DNA from: Trichinella spiralis
Lineage: Eukaryota
Assembly (NCBI RefSeq): GCF_000181795.1
Contig: NW_003526943.1
Span: 8,912,849-8,976,848, forward strand
Length of the DNA: 64,000 bases
Reading direction: 5' to 3'
How positions within the stretch are numbered: position 1 is the first letter of the stretch; every line of letters starts with the position of its first letter. Both the position numbers and the translations under genes were made by a program. Positions 40,747 through 53,300 of the stretch are shown in pieces. The notes under the pieces were generated by a model. The model saw only the letters and a program-made list of their open reading frames with translations. It was not told where the DNA came from and ran no database searches.

Positions 40747-43591
40747 ATGGAAGCTGACATTTACGAGCTTATTAGCAATGCCTTAAATGAGCAATCATGT
40801 CATGTTAGTGTTCCTTTACAAAATTCATGTGGTATTGATCGCATTGTATGGTCTGTATGGAGTTATATTATGGGTCCAGAATTGAAATTTGTATGGGAAT
40901 TCGTTTCCAGTGAAGCAGATTTATTACCGCATACTTCTGAAGATAATCATTCTGAAGAACAGATAGATAGCAATATTAAGACTGATGAAAATCAAGAAAA
41001 ATCGTCTGATGGCCTTGTTGGGAATTACAGAGAACCGTCTGTCGATGATGTACAAGCGAATCGTAAGTTGTCGTTAAATTTCTTCCCGAAGTATGTAATA
41101 AATTTACTGCAGTGGTAATTAATTTTTACTTAGGCGTAACAATTTCAATAATATAATTATGGTATTTTAGAATTATATTTTTAATAAAATTACACATTTC
41201 AGGCATTAAATTCCTCAAGTAAAATGTTATTAAAATTATTCCGATTTTGTCGATGATTTTGAAATTTTATATTTATATTAGAATTGGAACTTTTTTTAGC
41301 GGGTCAGAAACCTAAACAAGGTGACAGTGCATGTGAAACATCAGCTGCTGAGGAAAGCATGCAGTCAGCTGATAAATTTTCTTCTGCTTGTTGTTTGGAT
41401 ATTGCAAATATTCAACTGGATAAACAAGTGCCAGATTCAGCAGAGCACCATCAAGATGTACCATTTTTTGATATGGATGATGATCGATATGTAGCAATGC
41501 ATACATTGAGCAGTGAAATTTATTCTGCGCATATAATTGAAAGTGTGGAATTGAAAGTAATACTTAATGTTACTTTATAGTTCGTTTAATTTGTTTTTTG
41601 CTAACTGTTATTATTTTATTTTGTTCAAAATTGTAATAGATTTTGCATTTATTTTATTTTATTTTATTTTATTGTTTCTAGTTAGTATTTAATGCAATAA
41701 CAGTTGAACAAACAATTTTCAAATTTGATTCAAGTGAATTTTGAAGCCAATTGACAAATTTGCAAATTGCATTTTATGTGTTGAGTTGAAATTAATTTCT
41801 GATTTTGAATTTCAGATTTTGAGGCTTGCAGAACGTAAAATGGGCGTAGCGTCGTATATTTTCGCGGCAAGATATCATGACCAACGAGCAGTACATTCTA
41901 TTGCACTTGTGATGAATGAGAACCGACTTGGATGGTTTTTCAAAATTCAACCTTTATTTCAATTGTTCTTCAATGATTTTGTTGTAAAGTTGAAAGCATC
42001 AATTTTAATGGTATTGCAAAATGGAAAACAAAAGAAATTTTCCAATTTGATCAAAATCTTTCAAATTAAAAATTAATTCAACTTGTTCCATTTAGGATAT
42101 ATGGATGGTGGATAGAAATAAAAATTTCGAATGCAGTTGAAATATTTTTGCTTATTTGTTTAATTATTTAGGAATCTCGAGAAGAACTATTGACCAGAAT
42201 GACCAGTGAATTTGTTCAAATACTGAGAGTTGTCAGTGAATTGGAACGGTATTCACTTGATGCAGTGCCATTTAATGTATGCATTTCAACTGCTTTATTA
42301 TGCATATTATTTTTTAAACTGTTTGTAATGGAATTTCTAAATGATTATGCAATTTCTCATTTAGACATTGAGAAAATTTTTTTTTTGAATATTTTTTTCA
42401 GATAAGCGATACTCATTTTGCCGAGGTTAAAGTGCAAGAGAACAAATTTCTTTATCGTTGCATAACAACACATTTGCGTTGTCAAGGGTATACGATCGTC
42501 GTTGGCAAATCAACTAAATCGATTAACAAAGTAATGATGCATTGTCTCTTTTGAAGGATATCATTAGTGTTGAAGAATTTGGGCAGCTAATTGTCGTTTA
42601 ATGAGGATTTTATTTTTGCAATTTTCATAAGGAATAATATTTCAGATGATAAAAACTTTGGCCTTTGTTACTTATCGAGATCGATGGTGCATGTCTAAAG
42701 TGTTACCAACAAACGTGGATGAAGCAAATGAAACCGAATTAATTTCTTCTCGTCAATTTTATTCTCCATATTTAGTTCTCCAAGGGTGCTGCAGAGTAAT
42801 ATTTTTTTGTAAAGGCAGTGTAATTAATTTATGAAATGTTAGCGTTTATTTTTTGCAGTTAAATTTGTCAACTATACTTAGTCAAGCTTATTATTGCAAT
42901 TGGCCTTTTTGCGTCATTGATGTAGATGCACAGACGGTTTGTAGTTCGCTTCCTTGGGAAAAGCATCAAGAAATTCGTCAACAAGTGCGTCGTAGAGATT
43001 TGCAAAAGATTTTTTTGCCCGATTCTCCAATTGCCTCTGTAAAGATGTAAATATTTAAAAAATAAAAAAAATTTACCTTTTGTAATAATAAATTTTTATT
43101 TAATTTGAGCATGATATGATGAACTTTTTTTTCCTTTAGTAATTTTAAAGAACATGACGCTGGGGATAATTTGGTGTCTCCATTTTTGAAGCAAGTATGA
43201 AATATTTTCTTTTTTCTGTTTTCCATTTTTGTTGTAATAATCGAATTTCAGCTGGATTATTTGCCGTATGAAAGTGCTGTTCGGGAGGGATTTACTCTGC
43301 AATTTTTGCGATCATTAGCACTGAGAGCTTTGGCATTGGATATATATGCTGAATCTGAGAGGTTTGCATTAATTTTTTTTTAATTAAATTAGTAATTAGA
43401 ATTCACGTTTTTTACACGAGTGAATTTTTGTTTATTTTAGCAATGCGGGCAAGGAGCGTTCAAATATTTGCATCAAAACTTTGCGTAAAGCTTTGGATTT
43501 AACTGTTACTGGTGATTATTTGACTGTACTGGCGATCGCTGACCAAATGAGACCGACGTTTGCTGAATTTCTTCTGAAACAAGAAAAATAA
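40747..43591 (+). CDS. C9orf72: C9orf72 homologue (DENN-like; alfa-1-like), multi-exon
   Basis: WSYIMGPELKFVW, YVAMHTLSSEI, ELKILRLAERKMGVASYIF, FLYRCITTHL..QGYTIVVG, KMIKTLAF, YSPYLVLQG, WPFCVIDVDAQTV and LRKALDLTVTGDYLTVLAIADQMRP parallel the C9orf72 motif order. Confidence 0.9.
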
Positions 43592-44234
43592 TTTATTATT
43601 TGATTTGTCTTATGAATTGATTTCTAATTTGTTGAAAAAAGTATATATCAAAAAATAGCTTTGCTATAAATTTAATTACTTCAAAATGGCCCAGTTACAA
43701 ATTGGTGAGAAATTGTTGAAATTTTTGAAATTCTAGTAAATCAAAATGTTAGTTGGTTTGCCAGTTCACTTTTAATATGACAAAATTGTCAGTTAAAATT
43801 AATCAAAAATAGCATATATGGAAGAATTCTTTCGTAAATGTGAATCATAAATATATTTTGACGAAAACTGCTATTGTAAAATTCAAATTCATTATAATCC
43901 AAAATTATGTTTTAAAATGCAAAACTTAGAAGCCTGCCAAAAATTTGTAACTGTATTTCGATTATACTTCCAACAGTAGAAGTAAAATGTACATACACCC
44001 TGCTTTTCAATTAATAAATGCGTTAGTTTTTAATTTTAAACATTGTTTGTTAAGCAGTGAATATGAATAATATACTGTTTGCTTTTAGTTTATATGAGAT
44101 TACAAGTATAACAAAAATGCTACATTCGACTTGTTTTTAATTCTTCATAAAGAAGAGGGAGGAACATTTGGCGCACTATGTTATTTTCAGAGATGGAAAC
44201 AAACAGCTCATAATTTTTATAAATTGTTGAATGT

Positions 44235-44352
44235 TATTATATATATAATTATTATATAATGCTATTATTATGTTATTATATAATGTATTATATAATGCTA
44301 TATATTATATATATTATATATGAATAATAATAATATATTATATATATAATGC
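44235..44352. repeat. Degenerate (TA/TAT)n low-complexity tract
   Basis: Almost pure A/T run, attatatataat-type repeats. Confidence 0.9.
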
Positions 44353-44780
44353 TTCTCATTACTTTGGCTTTTTGTATGTGAAGACGAGAAAGAGTTTTAC
44401 TTTTTGCTTTTAATTTCTCATCTCATCTGATCAAAAATTTTTATACTGCTTGAGAATAATTTGACTAATGAATTTTGAATACGACTTTTTTTGAAATAAA
44501 GTTATCTATCATCCAGAAAGGAAAAGTGTAAAAGTGACTGACTACAAACGAAAATTATCTTTTATAAATAAATTGCTGTTATCATATAGCATTCACACCT
44601 AACCATCATTTTCAGTGCGGTTAAAGTTTTGCTTGTAGTATATATTACACGCATTTTTGTTTAAAACTGTTTAACTTTAATGTGTATAATGATGATAATA
44701 GGGCTTTGATGATATACGTAATTCTAGGCGATATTTTAAATTTATCACAACTTATTTTTTAGTGCAATAGCTAAAGCAAG

Positions 44781-45074
44781 TGTAACGAGCCGCTCTCTCG
44801 GGCGGGCTCGTTCGTCATCCCAACCGGACTACTATCACGTCATCGCTAGGCGACGACGCGCCGGTGTCGACCGGCGGGTATGTCCGCGCGGTCATATCCT
44901 CCGTATGGCTACCGCTGGCTCTGCTGCCCCTTTCCCCAGTTCGCGCTTTGCCGGTAACATTCTCGCATCCACAAGACAGATCAAGAGTACAATATTTATT
45001 AACAAATACGAACAAGGACCGCCGCCGTAAATCTCAAGAACCAACAACCGATCGATGCCAACAGCCGTACTACT
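44781..45074 (-). mobile_element. Probable solo LTR
   Basis: GC-rich island tgtaacgagc ... ccgtactact, flanked by gcaag/gcaat (4/5 TSD match); minus-strand AATAAA near 44995; termini similar to 9351-9660. Confidence 0.6.
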
Positions 45075-45577
45075 GCAATGCTTTCCCGATCTTCAAGAAT
45101 TCATCTGATTACCGTAGCTGCATTGTCCATAACTGCCTTTCGTTTAATTTTTGAAAGCCAGGAGTGGAAAATCAATATAATAAAGTGGCGTTGTGTTAGA
45201 GTTACTGAATGTTTTGGAAGTAGTTCATTCCTGAACCATTCTAAGCATAAAAAGTAAGCAACTGTTCTAGTGTCCCCTGGTAAAGCACTGAAAGTTGTTG
45301 GAAGCTCATAACAACAGCATTTTAGCAGGACGCTGAAAAATTCAGCTTTAAAAAATAATAACGGACTTTAAATTTATTAATTTATTATTTCATTTTTAAT
45401 ATTTTATTTTGTAGAAAGTACATGCATATTCCTCACCAAGTATATGAATAGAGAGGTGAATCCTTTCATTTAAATCATATTTATCAGATTGGAAAAGTTG
45501 TAATAAAATCATAAATAAAATAAAATAAAATAAATCATGTTTAAAAATTAAAATGTTCTGTGACTGTGTTCGGTCAA

Positions 45578-48500
45578 TCAATTTTCTTCACTCAGAAGAA
45601 GTGAAGTAAGCCACTGCTGGGGTCCCAGGGAAAATAACCATTTCTCAATGCCACCACTGTTGTTTGTGCATGTCCACGGACGGTCGAATTGATCAACTTT
45701 CGCATATTTCATCAACAACTTTTGCACAAAAGTTGGATTCATACCATCCAAAAGACAACCGATCGCCTCGTAACGAATTGTCTGCAAAAAATTGATTTAA
45801 TTTTACTTCAGAGATGTTTTTTTCCATTCAAATCTGCTTACTTCTCTTGATAAGAAAGGTTGCAAGTTGGATATGAACCGACGTTTTTGTTTAAGCAATA
45901 AACGAAACATGTGCTTGCCGTTTACGTCCGCATTAGTGCAATTTTTGTTCACCAACAAGTGAACATTCATTTCAGATGAAACTATCAAAGCTTTCAAGCA
46001 CCAATCAACTGCTAGCACTAAAGTGATATTCTGAAACACCACAGTATAGAACAGTAATATAAATGCAAAATGAGAGAAAGAGATAAAGAACAATAAATTT
46101 AAATACTTCCAACGGATAATCTGCAACTGATGAGCTCATCATACTTTGGTGTACGTCCATGCAGAGTTGTAAAATTTCACAAACAATATTTTCCTTGTTT
46201 TCAGACGAAGTTCCAAGGTGACAAGCAATCGCAGCTTTGCAACAAGCTTCTTGTACAGCACTGTTGACATGGAAAAAACAACAACGAATAAAAAAATAAA
46301 GAGTCCAAATTGAAGAAAAATTGCCAATTAACAAAATACAATCAAAACCTTGTTGCCAATTCTTGGATATCTTTGAGCAAATTCCTTTCATCCATCAGCG
46401 ATGCTCGATGATCTTGTCCAAATCCAAACAGTATAAAACTGACAAACCAAAAATAATCAGTTTCTTGATTCGACATTGTTACACCCTTGAAAGTAATTTT
46501 TTCTCTTCAATTTTGCAATGTTAAGGAACACGAATAATAATGACAATACAAATAGCCGCTTCTTCTTAAATTCATCTCGTGAATGTTTCACAAAATTTAG
46601 GTATTCTTCTGTTTCCTTGGAACTGAAAAATTGATTCAATCACAATCACACGCGATCCGCCTAGCAGGTTTCAATAATAGCAGAAATATATGATAAAATC
46701 ATATACCATTTGTTTTCTAAATAATAGCCTTCATTTCTTTTCAACAAAATTTTTGCGCACTTTAAAATCACATGCTGCCTAAAGTGCCAGGTTAACAACG
46801 AAATCGAATCAGCTAAATATATATATAACATATTCATTCATATAATTGCTAATTTATTCATCATTGATAATATAAAATTATTGCCTAAATCTGACTTCAA
46901 AAGAAGTGAACGCTTCAAAAGCCAAAATTGCTCGTCGTTCAGATTGAGATTGAAAAAAAATTTCTTCCCAATCGGAGTGAATAACCAACAGACGTTCAAA
47001 TCGCTTTCAACTTTTCGATATTCTTGATTGGCGCGATTGTACAGCAATTTCTGAAATTGAAATTCTCTATCCATTTAAACATACACTAACACTAGCAGTA
47101 TAATAATCAAATAAAGAACAACAACAAAATATTTACAAATTATTCATGCAAATCGTGGAAACTACTACTCACAGCCAATGAATTTCCAATCCAAGGTAAA
47201 AGTCGAATCTGCAACGCAGCCATGCAATAAACATTGACGAGAATCGGCTTTTCCAACTTGTTGTCGACTTTTGCAGCCAATTTTACACTGTTCAATGCAA
47301 GTTCTATTGAAGAATATCTCTTCCTGTCTGCAAATCCTAGAATAGAGGAAATAAAAAGAAATTTAAAATCGAATAAGATAATTTAGAGGTAAATTTTATA
47401 TAAAATAAAATAAAACAGAGAATTTAGTAGAGAACAACAGACTTGACAAGTGGGGTTTATCGTCGGTGAAATGATGCAGCAGTGTTGGGTTGGAGTAGTG
47501 AAATTTGCCCATGTCAGCAGATTTTTGCTCTTCATCGTCGACATTGGACAGCAGGCAAAATAAATTCACCGGCAAAAGTATGAAATGAAAAAATGTCAAC
47601 AATATTTGCAATAATTGTTCTGCAAAGGTTCGCTTGAATTGCGAACAACGCATCACCACCGGTGCTGGTACTGGTAGTGGTGAATCTTCTCGTCCACGTT
47701 CATCACCCTAATTGATAATCATCCATTTATTTATTCCACGGATATAAAATAAAATAAAATAAAATTCCAAAACCAGACAACACACAACGCAACTCACCAC
47801 AACGGTCAATGAACGGCTTTGCACTTTTGGACATGTTGGATCTTTCAAAATTAACCGACGACAAAAGCGCAACTTCACAATCACCAACGCTACCACCAGT
47901 CCGTTGATAACCGAAAGCAGCAAAATTCGAAGGACGTTATTTTCTTAAAACAAAAAATATACTATAAGATTAATAATTTTTTCATGAACAAATTGTAAAT
48001 TCTTCTTTCTGACCAATAATTTCTGCCCGAATTCGAGAAATGTCCACGGATTTCAACAATGGTGCATTCCAAAGTTTTCCCAACGGTGCCACGCCTACGG
48101 TCGAAATTTGCGACACCATGTGAAAAGGATTGACAATAACGACGCATGCGAACAGTAGAAATAATGTAAATTTGGAATTTGTAGAAACAGAAGTGTTGTT
48201 GCCGTTGTTGTTCAATTCTTCAGTTGACGATACAGAAATATCAAAGTTCTGCAAATATATGCAACAACAATGTATAAACCAAACAAAGCTATTTCCTGAG
48301 AAATAATAATTTGAAAAAAAGAACATTCATTATTCACACAAATTTCAGTTTTTCTTACTCTTTTTTTGTATAATTTTGCTAATGAAATTTACATATTCAT
48401 AGAACACTTCGCTGTGTACGTACGTTCTGACCAAAGTCCAAAGAATGCATGCTCAGTGAGAACGGTGAACAAGTGCAACACGCTTTGAGCTGTTCGTTTT

Positions 48501-49413
48501 CGGCTCGTAAGCTGTCGTTCAACTGCTTCAACTGTTTCAGCTTGTCGATGGCTGCTCGTAGGATGGTTGATTTGCTCGCCTTGAAAAAGGGAAGGAATTA
48601 TTTGACGATAAATAAATAATAACTAATGGAGCCAAAATTTTTATTTTTGCCAAAACAAATCTATAAGCTGTACTCGAGCAGAGGGTCCGAGAACTAAGGT
48701 CTTCAGCTCGGCGATGCGTTCGTTGATGCTGGTCCTGTATCGACGTTCAATGACACTGTGGGCACATCTCCGTCGGCAAGGGTTGCGGTTCTTGCTGACG
48801 GTACCGGTGTCTGCGGATGCTAGTTCTTCTTCATCTGCTTCTTCAATTTGATTGTTCTTCACAACAGCAATGGCCGAATCTTCTGCCAGTAAGTTCCAAC
48901 AACTCTGACCGTTGAAAATGAACGTTCTCGCTGGAACAGCGCCCTCGTCGACAACATTCCCGACACCGTGCGTGTACTATGCATATAGAACAGGGCAAAA
49001 TTGTCGTCGGTATTGCAAATGCAGGCAGATTAGATACGAGTTTTTGTGCATCTCTTACCGCAGCCGCTGCCGTTGGTGTCGAATTCCAGTTGGTCAGCGG
49101 ATAGTAATGATCTGTCGTCCATTGGAATTCGACCGGATTCACCACATTCAGATTGCAGCTGTTGTCCCAGTAGGTTGCTGCCTGCATGTGCAAGGAAAAG
49201 CCAAATATCGACGCCTTTCGTCGCTTGACGCATGAAAATAGTCATTTCAAATTTGGCAAAACTCACCTGCGGTCCAGAGGAAACAAACTGTTGCTGCTCG
49301 TCTGGTACGGCGAAATAAAATTCCTCGTTGGGCGAAGAAGCCATGCAAGCATTATTCGGAGCGAAATTTTCAACATGCTGACCACCAGTATAATAGCCGA
49401 AGCTAGCAGCCAT
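45578..49413 (-). CDS. sbp-1: Sterol regulatory element-binding protein (SREBP / sbp-1), multi-exon
   Basis: bHLH-Zip RRCAHSVIERRYRTSINERIAELK..SKSTILRAAIDKL..LRAENEQLK with the diagnostic Tyr; TM1 SKFTLFLLFACVVIVNPF (NP motif); second TM segment; C-terminal YEAIGCLLDGMNP. Confidence 0.92.
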
Positions 49414-50344
49414 TTTACTCAATGTCTCTTTCCAAAACGCAACCAATTTTCAAGCTTCATCAGCATGAAACTTCAAAAGCCAGCAATCGCATTTACTGTA
49501 CGCATTGAACAAACACTGATATAACTGTTTGTCGAATAAGAAACTTTTCGCTTGATTGTTTGCTCGCTTTTCTGTCTCTTTCTGCGCATGTCGTAATTTG
49601 GCCAGTCAAGTGAAAATATCTGAATCATCATTTTATAAGAACACCATTACATCTAGGACAAAACAACTTTCAAGTCGTCAGCAAATGAGCTTTTATTGTA
49701 CAATGCGACAATACAATCTTCGTATAAATATATGTCACGAATATGAAACAGAAACGAAAATTTGGTAGGTAAAAAATAATAAAGAAAAAAAAACGATGAC
49801 AATGAACTCTAGAGAACAAACTTTCACAAAGTACAAAGAAGCTATCCGAGAAAAGTAATCGCTTCACGTCAGACTGAACGTGAATAAGGAAAAAAAATCA
49901 ACAAATATTTTTAAAAAATGGACGTACAATATAATACGAGTGATGATTCAAAATACATAACCTGCGGCGCGTTGAGAATATCAAATTTCATGTCTGAGAA
50001 AAGTAACAACAGAAAATAATTTTTAAAAAAGAAAACTAATATCAAATAGGAATAGTAGTGGCTCTGACGACGGCAAATTTCGTTGCCGTTCAGAGCTACA
50101 GCGAAACAGCACCATTAAGAAACAAAAACAGACCATCAATCCAACCGTGCTACCACCACTGAGACGAGACCATCCGAAGTGCCAAAATAGTCCCCTCTGC
50201 AAAAGTGGTAAATCGAACGCAAGAAGCACATCCCGTTTGCATCATCATGTATACCGCCTCTTTGCTATATATTTTTGGAAAAAACAGCAATGCACCACAC
50301 ATTCTTCTTTCTCTCTCTCTCTCTCACACACACACAACGATCAA

Positions 50345-53300
50345 TCAATTCATCCACTTGCGACAGTTCGGAGCTCGACAGAGACAAGGAAGTTTGTTCA
50401 GCTCGTCTTCAAAATCAAACTGATAATCATACGTAAGCTAAAAAGCAAAGAAATGAATGAAATAAGAGAGGGAGGGGGAACACAGAACTATTTTCAATGC
50501 ACTATAATAATTATTATTTGATTGTTTGCTTTTGATTTCATCATCACACACCTCTTCGCCTTTGCATATTGGACGACAGCTCATAATCACAATGCGTGAT
50601 TCTCTGTCAAAATCGATGCGTTCAGCAATACAGTTCGGATCACAGGAATGATTTATATAGCGCGCAGGCCCTCCGGCCACTGTTGCATCGATGACGTGAT
50701 CACTATCCAAACGAAACATATAAACACCACGATTTCTTTTTTGATAGCTTTTTTCTCGACGTTCAGCTACCTACACAAAAATGCAACAATACTGATAAAT
50801 AACGTAATTTGCAAACTATTTCAAAAATAACTCCATTATACATACATAAAGAAGAAAAAAAATTAAGTAAAAATTTCATTAAAACATTTTCAAACTGTGA
50901 ACAATTTTCATCTGATTACTCATGTTCCTTGAAAAACAAAATGTCGGATGTATGTGAATTATACAAAAAAAATACCGATACTTTATAAATGCAATATTAA
51001 TCATAAAAAATAAACAACAGATAATTGATATTTCGGTCAATTATTCAAAATTTCTTCTTAAAAAAAGCCCATTTTTGCTTATTAAATTATAAGAATAAAT
51101 AATAGCTGCAGAGAAGAAAATAAATCAAAACTTTTAAATATTATTAATAAACAAAAAAATAATTCATAATTGTACCTCATTCCGAATGACCTCCCCGACA
51201 TATTCAATCACCATAGCGTTCATCTCAACATCCCTGTTGGCAAACAGACCGAGACCCTGAATTTTGCTCCGAGCTAGGTAAACATTGCTTTTCCATTCTT
51301 GCTTGAGCTTTCGATACTGATAACATTTCGCCACTAAACTTTGCTTGTTGCCAAAGCTGTAAAAATAGCCATCACTCGGCATGCCACTGAATGCAAGCAA
51401 ACTTTGAATAGAATGCGCTGACATTGCGTTTAACTTGCGCGATCTGTGCAAAATCAAAAAGATAATTAATGCAATGCAAGCACCAAATACATATATATAT
51501 ATATATTCTGTGCAAAATATAGCAATGCCAAAACATACCGTTTGATATACGTGCGAAAGCAAGGTTCGCATCTGGCTGAACCACTGGGATTCAATACTAA
51601 AGGTGGTTCCATCCAAAGAGATCGACCATATTTGAATTCATACGTCACCAGACTGTCAATACCGGGTAGCTGAAAACAGTACAAATTGTAAGACTATATT
51701 ACTTTTATTCAATTATGATACAGTAGTGGAGAATAAGAATTGAAATATACACATTTAATCTTACCGATTCAAGCATTTTCTGAATACTTGGCTCAAAAAG
51801 ACCAAAGAAACTTTCTCCAGATATATAGGACGGGAACAGTTTCAACATATCATTGCAATTCCGCAAACCTTGCAACGGTGTTAATATATTATTCTGCCAA
51901 ACTTCTGCAATAAAAATATTAAATAAATAATAATATGCAGCAAGTAAGCATACAAGGATGAATTACCATTTATCGATTTTGACTGATATCGAACTTCTGC
52001 CGTTCCAGGATACTTCGCAGTGACGCTGAATAACGGCGCACCTTCAAACTCACCAATATGGCATTGGTAAATCTGACGTCGTCTAGGATGAAAAGTCGAC
52101 CAGTATATACGGGATACCGTATAGTCAACCTAAGGCAAATAAATAATGATAAAGAAAGAAATTCAATACAAATAATATTGTAAATTGCAATATTTGGGGG
52201 AAAACTCATACAGGGAATATGCAATCTTTGGTGTGAAACCGATTTAACTGTTCCGGAAGCAGCTGTCCAACATGGTGAAAAAGCAAAGAGCCAATGCGCA
52301 TCGCATATTCACCAGATTCACTTTGCTGATACAGCCTAAACAGAAAATAAAGCAGAACATTTTATACAACGACAACTTCAACGATTCCAACAAGTCAAAA
52401 AATATATACTTTGACAACAGCTGTTCATCGTCCCGTTCAATGTACACTTTACGAAATACGGCCAAGTTGTACAAAATTTTGTCCCGGCAAAGCGGCGGAT
52501 GCTCGAAGCAAAACATCGTCTATTAAAATTCAGATAAAAAAATTTTTAATTCCCAAAAAAAACATAACCACAACACACCTTGTCCATCATGAACGTACAC
52601 CGACTGTCAACAGCGCAGTGAAGATGAAAATTGCTTCCACATTTCATTTTGTAACAAGGAATTGTAGCACCAGGGAGGTCGCAGAGCACACAGCGAGTGA
52701 CAGAGGCGCGTCGAACCGCTTGTTCCACATTTACAAGACCGCCGTCCATTGTTTCGTAAACTTCAGCCGACCAAAGTACGCAATTCACGTGCACCCAACG
52801 GCCGGCATCCATATTCAACAATCTGAAACAATAAAAAATTGCAAATTTTGAAAAACACACACTTCTTCCGTTTGAGTAGGTTGCAATTGATATTTAAAAT
52901 TTAAAATTATATATTAGTTGATCAAGTGACTGTATTTTTTTCTTTTACCTGCCGCAAACTTCAGTCTCTCCGTCACCCATACGTGAACACAATTCACAAA
53001 TTCTGGTATCTTGCGGCAACGATTGTGGTAGCCAAAAAATGGACAACATCTCTTTCCAAAGCTGAATAAGAGAAATATTTAAAAAAGACATAAACTTTTC
53101 ATCTTGAATAATAAAAAGTTACAAAAAAAATCATTCACTTACCGCTTCAGGGGTATTACAAGCTAAAACTTTCAAAAGCGACTTCTGACAATTGTTGTAC
53201 AGCTGCCAACGCGCTCCTTTCAACTTCTTTTCCATTTTGCTTTCCTAAATTTCCAAGCATCACAAATTGAGAAACTAAACTGAAGATGAATTTTTCTTTT

